Origin: Bugula neritina | Lineage: Eukaryota; Animalia; Bryozoa | Direction of reading: 5' to 3' | DNA: 64,000 bases | NCBI GenBank assembly: GCA_964035545.1 | Contig: OZ037767.1 | Location: 1,685,680-1,749,679, forward strand | Part shown: one piece after another, positions 41,401 to 52,500 of the stretch | Numbering within the stretch: the stretch's first letter is position 1 | Layout of the letters: every line of letters starts with the position of its first letter | Position numbers and translations under genes: made by a program | Notes under the pieces: generated by a model | Database searches by the model: none | What the model saw: the letters and a program-made list of their open reading frames with translations, nothing else | Told to the model about the DNA's origin: nothing

Positions 41401-42096
41401 CGGTATCAAAGATATACTAATGTACCTGTGTGCCAGGTAGTTATCCTCCCCTGTGTATTTCTACTTACTCCATCATAATACTTACTTGCATGTCTGTTAG
41501 ATGCCGTACTTACTTTTGCATATTTATTTACAGTCATCTTGAAAAAGCTTGACTTTGTTCCGGGCCATCTCTACTTGCAATTTATTTGAAATAATGGAAT
41601 AAACATTCATTTAGTGCATCGAATCATCTCAATGAATATTTTTATTAGTTGCAGTCTATAATATTTATTATGAATAACCACAATCTGCTGCAGATATCTA
41701 TACTCATAATCTGCTGCAGATATCTATACTCAATATCTGCTGCAGATATCTATACTCATAATCTGCTGCAGATATCTATACTTATAATCTGCTGCAGATA
41801 TCTATACTCATAATCTGCTGCAGATATCTATACTCATAATCTGCTGCAGATATCTATACTTGGAGAAGCACCGAAACTATGCCCTAAATCCTGTAGCGAA
41901 TTTCCACCTGAGGAATGGGGCTACCCTGTGGCGTATCAACTGGCTGGCTAACTCCACGGCTAAAGGTTTGAGTGAGAGTTGTGGTCTCATGGTGAATTAC
42001 CGATACTACCTCGATAAGACGCTGACCAATAGTCAGCAGTACAACGCCGAGCACATCATTGACGTCAGCCCACAGGTCACCGACCTACTAAACTGA
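38436..42096 (+). CDS. MLYCD: Malonyl-CoA decarboxylase, mitochondrial-type
   Basis: Exons 38436-39020, 39248-39426, 39998-40194, 40575-40786, 41321-41436, 41850-42096 (TGA). Motifs: GGVKFLVDLR, LERITWKSPCDLLEK, YEGVHP, RRCYAF, FYSITSTQPGLKGIDLGNYLIK, SLSPIPGF, LNPVANFHLRNGA, SCGLMVNYRY. The N-terminus is Arg/Ser-rich, like a transit peptide. Confidence 0.95.
40775..41087 (+). repeat. 24-bp tandem repeat x13 made of the MLYCD exon-4 end plus donor (CTCTAGTGTCAG|GTATGAGTCATA)
   Basis: GT occurs at 40787 + 24n up to 41075; the first copy is the true donor. Confidence 0.97.
41682..41860 (+). repeat. 26-bp tandem repeat x7 made of the MLYCD last-exon acceptor (ATAATCTGCTGCAG|ATATCTATACTC)
   Basis: CAG ends at 41693 + 26n up to 41849; the last copy is the in-frame acceptor (R-YLYLEKHRNY). 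Confidence 0.97.
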
Positions 42097-43547
42097 TCTT
42101 TCAAAGTAACCTTTGGGTGATGTTATTGTCAACTGAAGGTCATTGTTTTGCTCTTTTCTTGCGCACAATCAGTCACCAGTAATTTTTACTGCATTATAGT
42201 TATATTTTAGATCAATAGTTAGGATTTTGTAGATTGATTTCTCCTAACTTATCCTTAAATTTTAAAGAAATATATAATATTTTTGTAAGCAATTATTGTG
42301 TCATTAAATGTAAATTACCTGTTTGGAATCAATTTCATTAATCACAGGTAATTATTCTGGAGTTTTAATGCCATTAGTCAATAAACTCTAGTCTGTTTGT
42401 TTCAAAATAATTATTGCTTCTATTTATAATATATTCAGTTTTGAATATATGTAATTTTGCAACCAAGTTTATTTTTTATTTTTCACATTAGCTTTCCTTC
42501 GTGAACTGTTGTATTGGCAAGTCCTGATTATAAAAATAAGAAGTTCCGCAACACATTCCTATTGGCCTGTTTATTGCGTGCTAATTTAGTAATAATAATT
42601 CAAGTAATTGGATAGTTACTGTTTAGTAGATTGTGACCTAGATACTACCCCTTCAGTATGCTTAGAGTTACCCACGCATTACGAATTAAGTTGGAATAAC
42701 ATTTGATGAAAACATTTTCATCAAGAAGTTCTAAGTCTGTTGCACTTTTTGTCTTACGAGTATGAGATATCCCACAATTATTTTCATACACTGCCGTTTC
42801 TGCTATTCCTTTGAGAGCAATAAAATGTTCGTGACCTTTTAAACTCACTTTCTGATGATTCAATCTGCCTATACATTGCTAACTGCGTTCTTGGGTGACG
42901 TGAATATTAGTTTATTATGAGGAGGTTACGCCTCCAGCTAGTCTTGTCAGTCTCAACTTTTAAAATTGATCTTGTTTAATCTACGATTTTTTAAGATATT
43001 TAATAGAAGTTGTATACTGAAAATTACATAACTTTTGAATCAGTAGAGGTTGTATTACAGTTATCATTCTTTTACTTTTACTTGGTTAGAACGCATATGG
43101 TGCTCTGAAGTTTGCATTTCATGGGTTCTGCTAATTAAACAAAACAACTTGCAATAAGTTTTACTTCATAACCAACTGTTTGCTTGTTTGTTTGCAAAGG
43201 ACAACAAATGTCTGGTAATGAATGTAAATGGTTTTTATTGCATGGTTTAAAAACTAGTATAAAAATATAAATAAATAAGAAGAATTTACAGATATTAATG
43301 CTACTGATATACAGTCATGGGAATTCTTTGTACAACTTGTATGTACTTATTGTATACTTGATTGTATACCACACATTCTTGTATTTGTATATTCAAAATA
43401 TAGCAATCGTAATATTACTACCTAATTTAAAAAAATAATGTTATAATGAGTTTGGGTTTGTCCTAAAACTAGATAATGAGTAGAAAATCTAAATAAATAA
43501 ATGCTATATTTTGATATGTACCACTGAAGAGTTGTCTTACTTTGCTG

Positions 43548-46500
43548 TCATAACATGTCAAGGTTGGTGATTTTATCTTTTCTTTGATTATTTGCACCAT
43601 TTCCTGTCTCACTTTCTAAAGATTCCACAGTGGTTGTAACCGTCGCCCCACTTGATCCTAACATGTTATTCGTTGAACCTGGTGAATCAGATTTTGATTT
43701 CGCTGGACTGATGCCTATGTTCAGAGCGGGTAGACGTGCTTGAGGTGAAACTTTACTTCCCTTGGTTAACTTCGACATTTTCTTTTGTTTATTTGCAGTA
43801 CTAGAGTTTGAGTCTGGGCTAGTTGAACGACTATTGCCATCGTTAGATACGTCTGATTCGATGCGTAACGTCGTAGACAATGTTGAGGGGTTTGGAGAGC
43901 CGCTAGAGCTCTGTACACTGATTGAGGCTATTATGGTGTCAATTCGATGATCGACTAAGTCCAATTTGCTAGTCAAACTACAGACATCTCTTTTTATATC
44001 TTGTTTAATGTCAAGTAAGGATTGCAATATGGCCGCCTGTTCCGCATACTTGGCGTCGTTCGTCTCAGCAGCAAACGCTGTGCTCTGCATTCCACTGACC
44101 TCTACATTCATGTCAGGTGCAGCCCGAGATGACCTCAGTTGTTGGAGTTGTATCCCGGCAACCCCGTTGCTTGTTGGCTCAGCTGTCCCATTAGTTAAAA
44201 ACTTTGACCATTTACTTCCATTCTGGGTAACTGCTGGCTTAGTCACTTTAATGGTGGGCGTTTCTAAATCATGCTTTTGTGATTCTAAAATATCAATTCT
44301 CTTTGTAATTACAGGTCATATATGTCAGTTATACTAAGAAAAATACATTAGTTTAATTAAAATTACTAGTAGCACATGCTTTTTAGAATGAAATTCTACA
44401 CAATATTGACATTGTATACTACGCTCACCATTTCCATCTGCGTGCGACTTCTTGAACTTTTGAAATAATTTCCTCACTGGATGGTCGCTGGACAGAGACA
44501 ACGCAGGTTGATTCTCGTGGAGCTTCTCCAATTCCGCTTCTCTCTTGACATCAGCTACTTTTCGGAATAGCATCTATGACAGTCACATGTCTTATTGTCA
44601 CACATATAGTCACATATGTCATATTGTCACACATATAGTAAAATATGCATATATACTCGTACATACAACTTTCACACACACACAACATGCTTTATATTAC
44701 ACGCATTACAATTCAGTAAAACTATAGTATACTAAAATAACTCAGTAAAAGTTTGTTATTTTATTTCAAACTTCAGTTTAAAAGCCTACCCTGGTTCGCA
44801 TGTTGTACGTAAGCTGTAAATTCCGTTTGAAGGAGCTTGCAAAAGCTTGATAGAAATCTAAAATTTCAGACAGCTTGTCTGTCCGTATGCTGTGTATGTC
44901 ACAATACGTCAGTGTTTTTACATTGGCAGCGGACTGTCCAACCACGTGATGCTCCCAGAATAACTCTCCAAACACGTCTCCTTTACCTGCGTACAAAAGA
45001 ACTTATCAACCTGCAAACTCTTCAGAATTTTGATACTTATAGTGGCATTTCACACTACCTTTAGTTATTAAACAATAAATTATATATTTTTAAAAAAAAA
45101 TATTGTAAGTACAATTAACAACTGTTCATAACTTAGTGATATCAGCTTCCACCCTTTCACACAAAAAATAGTTAAATAGATTACTGAAAACGCAACATGG
45201 AAAATCTTTGAATTGGGTATGAATTGGGTATGAATTGGGTATGAATTGGGTATGAATTGGGTATGAATGATCAATTGGTTGTTACACTGAATAAAATCTT
45301 GTATGATCTTACTGAGTATTGCCACCACCTCCTCATCTTGCACAACTTCTAGTGAACCAGACACAACAAAACAGAGTGTGTCCAGACTCTCCCCCTGGTG
45401 GTACAGCAAATCTCCGGGGGCACTGAAATTGCACAAAGTGTTGATAAGTAAAGCTGTGAGAATGGAGATGATTCCCTACCTATTTTAAATATTGCACTTC
45501 AATGAAACGTACAACAAAATCAGAAATTAATGAAATCCTACATGTTGAAGAAAATACATTAGGGAATCATGGGTAAATAACATTCATTATAAGAGATAAA
45601 TAATCGTAGTAATATTCTAAATAAAATGTGCTACAGCATAATTATTGTGCTATAACAAGCTATACTATAGGATAATATAATTTTGTATAGTATAATTCTT
45701 TAAAATATGATATAATACAATTTAGTATATTTGGATATAGTATAGTATAATATAATATAATATAAGGTAGGACATTATAATAGTTTCAGAAATAGAATAG
45801 TTGCTATATCTAATAAACTTGTTCAAGTGATTTTGTTTAAATATATCAACTAATTAATGGAGCAAACCCCAGCACCTAACTACAGTGTGAAAGTCCCACA
45901 GCTTTCAAGTTATAAATGTTTAAAATATTACTGCATTTTCTGTTTTGATTTCGTAACCTGAGCAGGTTACTTAAAGCAAATATTATGACCGTAATGCAAG
46001 TTTCTATTAACTCACCATTATACACCTGTGTGTTTACCCTTTATTGGGGTATATAAGTTGACAGGCCCTAGGGCAATGCTAACAGATTCAATAGCCATTT
46101 AGAGATGTGTGTTTTCCCAGGAGTATTTTACATATTCATAATGAATATAGAATATAATCTACACTACTAGTAATAGTTGCATGTCCCTCTCTCTGTTCCC
46201 TCCCAGCTCAGCTCCCATAGCATACATAATGCATATGTTAATAAAAGACAGAGTTCTCTGTAATAGACTACGACTGAGTACTCAGTACTATAAGTGAGTA
46301 TGCAGTACAATGAGTGAGTACACAGTACTATGAGTGAGTACTCACTCATAGTACTGAGTACTATATAAGTGAGTGTAACGCTATATGTATAACATTACCT
46401 ATATATTATTACCTGTATAATATTATTACCTGTATAACATTATTACCTGTATAACATTATTACCTGTATAATATGATTACCTGTGTAATATATTGAAATG

Positions 46501-49500
46501 CATAGCTAAAGCTCTGAGACAGCCTTCACTGGCCAATCGGAAGCTTGCATGTTCATGGAACACTTTTCTGTTCAGATGAACGCTTATATCTGCCCTCATA
46601 TCTTTCGGGCAGTAGTTTAGCACCTGCAAGACACAAGTACGCTCTAGTATTGTATACATATATAATGTGGAGCACATAGTATATAATACATAGAGCATAG
46701 TATATAATACATAGCACGTAGTATATAATACATAGCACATAGTATATAATACATAGTATATGATACATAACGTATAAAATGTAACTATGCATAACATATA
46801 ATATACAATACACAACATATAATATATAACTATACATAGCATATAAAAGCTGACAAAAAAAGGGAGCTACATGGTCAGCTGTTATTGCCGTCACAATCGC
46901 GTGACACACATACCACTGACACGTTTGTTCATACAAAGAAAAGATTAAATGCAATCTGCAATAGCGAATAACAAAGACATCTTCCCTATTAATATATTGA
47001 TCTGTATTGATTCAAGGAACAGAATATTTGCATCCAGTTGATAGACAATGATAAAAGGTGCCGGGTGATGTTATACAATAATTCCCAACAATAGTATTAG
47101 CACCTTTATTTAAGATTTGTTGTCATTTGACAAACATTAATTGGCACTGCACAGCCTCAAAAGAAAAGAAATCTTCATATTTATTTTTATCTTTCACTGC
47201 TTGGTAAATAATCTTGTATACAGAGTATAAAAGGCATATTATCTTCTATGAAGTATAATATAATATCACAGCGTATGATTTGATGTATGGTGGGTATATG
47301 GGCCGTGTATTATTAGCAGTAATATGACCGCTAATAATAATGATTATATTATTATAATGCTGTTCTAGAATATTATTCTATTGTATTGCTGTTATATACA
47401 ATTGTTTTACCACAACGTTTTGTATAATATTGTTATGATATATAGCATATATAATTTTTATCAACACTTTTATACATACCCAGCTGATTCACGCAAAAAA
47501 TCTATTCAAGCTTTATACAGCTTCAAATGACTTTGAAAAAACTCTATAACAAAATATAACACTCCAAGAACTTTTCTAAACTATCAATATAAAAGCCTGC
47601 TATCGCTATTTTTACTTCAATTGTGTTTAAAACTATGTGCATTAAATTTAAAGCAAGCTGTATTCAAGATTCGAGTTTCAACTTTTTTAATGGGTAGTTT
47701 CTATTTCATAAACTGATTATATACTATAAATAGTAACTGTCATAAGCGTCTGATTGCCTGCAAGGTAAAAAGATCCCTCGTTTGCAAATTTTTAAATGCT
47801 ATATATATAGTTGCTATAGTTGCATAGTAACAGAGAGCCCTTACCTTGTCTGTGTCAATTCCTTTGGTGATGACCCAAGTTGACACAACGTAATCCAGCA
47901 CTCTTTCAGATAACTCATTTGGTATGTCATGCAGTTTCATGAAGTCTTTTATATTGTTTAGCATTTCGTGATATCTGGACGTTGATGAGAGTATCTGCTG
48001 TATTATTGTAGTCACGTTGCCAAATATGGCAGCATAGAACAAGGCTAAAAGACGCAATTACATAATTAAATTATATCGATATAATATTTTACTAAATATA
48101 CACGCCATTTAATAAGTAAAAAAAACGATCAGCAAAGTACGTGTAACAACATATTGAAATTTTAGCCAATAATGTGTATGATGACATCACTATGTTGGTT
48201 GCCATAGTAACACTTACATCCACTAATCATCATGATACAGGTGAATAATTTCTCCATGTCTGTGTTAGCGCTGACATTACCAAAGCCTACACTGGTCATA
48301 CAGCTGATGGTAAAGTAGAGGGCTGTGACATAAGCAGACATGGGGCCGGGGCCTCCCATCAGCTCCCCTGTACCCGTCTCATTCGAATAATAGAACTTAG
48401 CATCTACAACAGGTTATTGTATGTATATAAACATTTTACTGTGTATAGAATGCGTGCATATAAAAACTTTTTGTGCTACAAGCTGTATATAACTTTTGAC
48501 TTCAACATCAAGGTTTTTGACATAATTCAATATGGAAAACAGCTAGAAGAAATTCCACGCACATGACAAAGATAGAAAACCATCTTTTTGAAAACTTTAT
48601 TGTTTCTGAGAGCTTAACCATACTTCAAAATTCAATTGATAAAAGAACTTTTTTTAAAAGTTCAACATCTTCTTTAGCCTGCTGTCCAAAACATCTAGAT
48701 TGCCTTGTCTATTATTGTTTAAATAAAAGCAGTTCGAGTCTACACATACTAGGAGTTGCTAGGACACCACATGCTAAGTGGTTGCTAGGACACCACATGC
48801 TAAGTGGTTGCTATGACACCACATGCTAAGTGGTTGCTAGGGAACCGTATGCTAAGTGGTTGCTAAGACACCACATGCTAAGTGACTGGTAAGACTTACG
48901 ACTTCGTTCTGCCAGCTGGTTGAGCCAACCGGCTGAATACAGCTCCACCTCTGATATCCCGATGTGATACCAGAGACAGGCCATCCAATGAGAGAGTAGA
49001 CAGAAGATGAGCACAATGAGCACCAAGATAGCAGCGCCGTATTCAATATAGTGGTCAAGCTTTCTCGCCACTCTGCCAAGTCGTAGTAGACGGACTACTT
49101 TTAGTGCACTGAATAAGCTGCTGATATCCTGAATTCAAAGTCGGAGAAATGACAGATTGATATGCAAATCTTAATAAAAACCTTTTCTAATTTTCTTTTA
49201 ATCTCTAAGTTTACACGGAATCAGTTTTAGTGACAGCTACATGAAGTGTACTTGAAGTATTCAAAGAATTGGAACTAATATCAAAGTGACAAGATGCACG
49301 CCTTTCTGCTGATCATAATTAAACTATTTTAGTATAATAAACTCTTTAAGTACCAAACAAAACAGACTAACCATGAACTTTATCTGTACCTGATGACTCA
49401 TAGTTATAGTAGGAAACTTCCACGCAGATATTGAGGAAAATTACTTTTGTGAATTTCCAATGAGTAAGCTTATAATTTTCTTATATGAAAACATTTATAA

Positions 49501-52500
49501 ATATGTGTTAATGAAGTCTAACTTATCAGCAATGCTTACATCAGATTCTTGATGTTGAAAAGCGTTGAAGACATCATAGGGTAGACAAGACACCATATCT
49601 ATTAGAAACCACGACTTGATGTAGTTCATTCTTATAACCTTAGGATCACTGATGACCTGCAAGATAAATGACATCTTATTGTCACATTTTATAGTCACAT
49701 ATTATAGTCACATATTATTGTCACATCTTATTGTCACATCTTACTGTCACATTACAAGATAAATAACATCTTACTTTAATATCTTAGTTCAACTATAATT
49801 AGCAAATCAAAACACCAAACGTTATCAAGCTTTGTACTATTTTCGTGGATTTGGGTTTCTGATATTTTTCTTAAATAAAATAAATTCTTTAGAAATAAAG
49901 TTTGTAGACATAGTTCTGTACTAAAACAGCATGCTGCCTTCTATAAATACTCCTAACTTTGTCAATATGTCATATATATATTACGTTATTGTATTATATT
50001 AAATGTTATATTATTTTATTATATTATACCTAATCTTGGATTAATATTACTCTTATACTTCACTGTTGTATTACACTACTTAACATGTTATACTACATGT
50101 ATCGTATAATATGCGGTAATATAATATTATATCATATTATTCGTCAATGTGTCATATTACATAATGTGCTATATTATATTATGCAGTATATATTATATCA
50201 TCTATTAAATATTGCATTGTATATTATATTATATGCTATACCATCCAGTATATAATAATAAATCATATATAATACTATTATACTATATAATATTATATAA
50301 TATATTATTGTGGTTTACCTCGCCATTAGATCCAACAAAAGTTGTATGAAAGTTTAAAATGATGTCTAGAAAGAACACTACGTCTACTACGCTGTCAACG
50401 ACTAGTATCGGAACGTCATCCATAGTTTTATTTTGCAGGGCCACATTGTACGGCACAACAATAGCCGTGTAGAACGTGAGAATGAGTATAATCCAGTCCC
50501 ATATGGTCTTGAATGAGCAGTAGTGTAGGATGATTTGAGGAGGGGTTTTGGGGGTTTCCTGTCTATACTGAGGTAGTAGGTCAGTGCTGATGTTCATAAG
50601 CTAAAATTATAACCAACAAGTCATGCATAAAGATTTTACACTCGGCTGGATTGAAAATGCCGCAACTATAGATTGTAGGTCTTCTTTCAGCATCCATTAA
50701 GCTTTCATTTCTCTCAATCTATAAAAGTTGCCAAGACGAGTCGTAAGTAGCTAGATGAGTGCATCTCGTACCTCGGCAAGAAATTTGATAGAAAAAGCTA
50801 TACAAAGCAAAGCTTGGCTTATAATGGCAAGCATACGGTGATAGTTGATACACCTTGAAGTGCAATTAGACATTAACACAATCTAATGATCATTATACAC
50901 TCTACTTGAAGCCTACAAGATGAAAAAGTATATTTATGGCTGCAATTTACTGTTTAATTATTTATATGGCTTGACAAAGACTGACGTCAATGCAGTATTC
51001 ACTACAACCGTTATTAATGATTATACTTACGGTTGCCAGCTGTGAAGGTCTGTCAGTTCTCTTATCTATGTTTGGCTGATTCAACAGTACTGATTTATTC
51101 CTGGTTACGGATCTAGCCAGCTTTGCAAACTTACTCATACCTATTTGTTACAAAATATAAAATGATTAAAAGTTAGTCCTTATTGAAATAATAAATAAGT
51201 AGTAATTAAATTACGTTCCTAATTTTATATATTTAGTGCTGAAAGCAAAATTTGGCTAAAGTATACAGCATATAGCATTAAATGTAGTCAAAGCAGCGTT
51301 GCAGGTTACCTTAAAAGTGTTTAGCCAGCTGGGTGTCATAATTTGTAACGCTATATTACTCTATAAATGGTGAATTATATATACGCTGTGTCATACAGAT
51401 TTCTTTAGTTTGAGACAAAACATAATATTTGCTCAAGTTTAAAATTATTTTTTGAAAGTTTAACCGACAAATTTAAATTCTTCCTCTCATACTTAAAATG
51501 GCTTGAATATATCGCAGGTTTTACTCAAACATCTGGTAAAAATTGTAAGCAGGATGACTGAATTTTGTTTGACTTTGTAGAGAACAAAGAAGGCTAGAGA
51601 GTTAAAAGAAATATTCAAATAAGTCAGCTGAAATATTTTGGTCATTATTTCAAAATTATGGATCATAGAGGGAGAGACCAAGTTGCGATCTCGTTATTTG
51701 AATCAAAGGGTATGAATAAGACAACATATGCTATAGCTAACACATAGTATAAACTAGGGAGCTTCCACCACATGTCAATATATATATAGATGTCTACCTA
51801 TAGTCTACAAATCATAATAGCAGGTAAATTTTTACTATAAAGAAATAAATATAACTTTGGTGCGGTAGCAAGAGAAACTGAAAGTGGTAAAGATTCGGGA
51901 CTTTCATCACAAAGAGTTTTGCTCTATTGGGAGACAGAAAATCTACAGAAGGGCTTGGCCCAAATTCTATTCCAGCACAATGTGATTGAGCGGGTCGTAT
52001 AAAAACTGTCCGCATTACACTTTTTGGTGGATTAGAATTTGTTGAGCTTAGCCGTGTCTCAAGCAAACAATTGGAGCAGGCACGAGGCTGGTAGCTATGC
52101 AGCACCAAACAGGTGTAAAAATTCTGAGGCTAATACTGGCAGAGAGCTGAGCTACTGCAGGCTAACATGCGTACTGTACCTAGAGGGTCATTCCCAGCAC
52201 CTGTAGGCAAACAGCATGTCAAAACATTTATTAATTAAAAACAGAAAATAAAAAAGTATAATACAATAAATTGGAAACAGTTTCCAGGAAACTGAAATGT
52301 CCTAAAAAATCACTTCAAGTTTCTCTAATAATTTGTTAGTTTTTTTGTGAATTATTTTCAATATTCTAAGCCTAAAATTGTATTTCTAATAAATAAAAAA
52401 CATAAACTTATATTTCTGCTTGTAGCATTTTTCAGCTTTCAAAATTTATTTTAAATAGTAGTGTTTTATTATGATTGAATTCATCCTTTCAAAAATTCTC

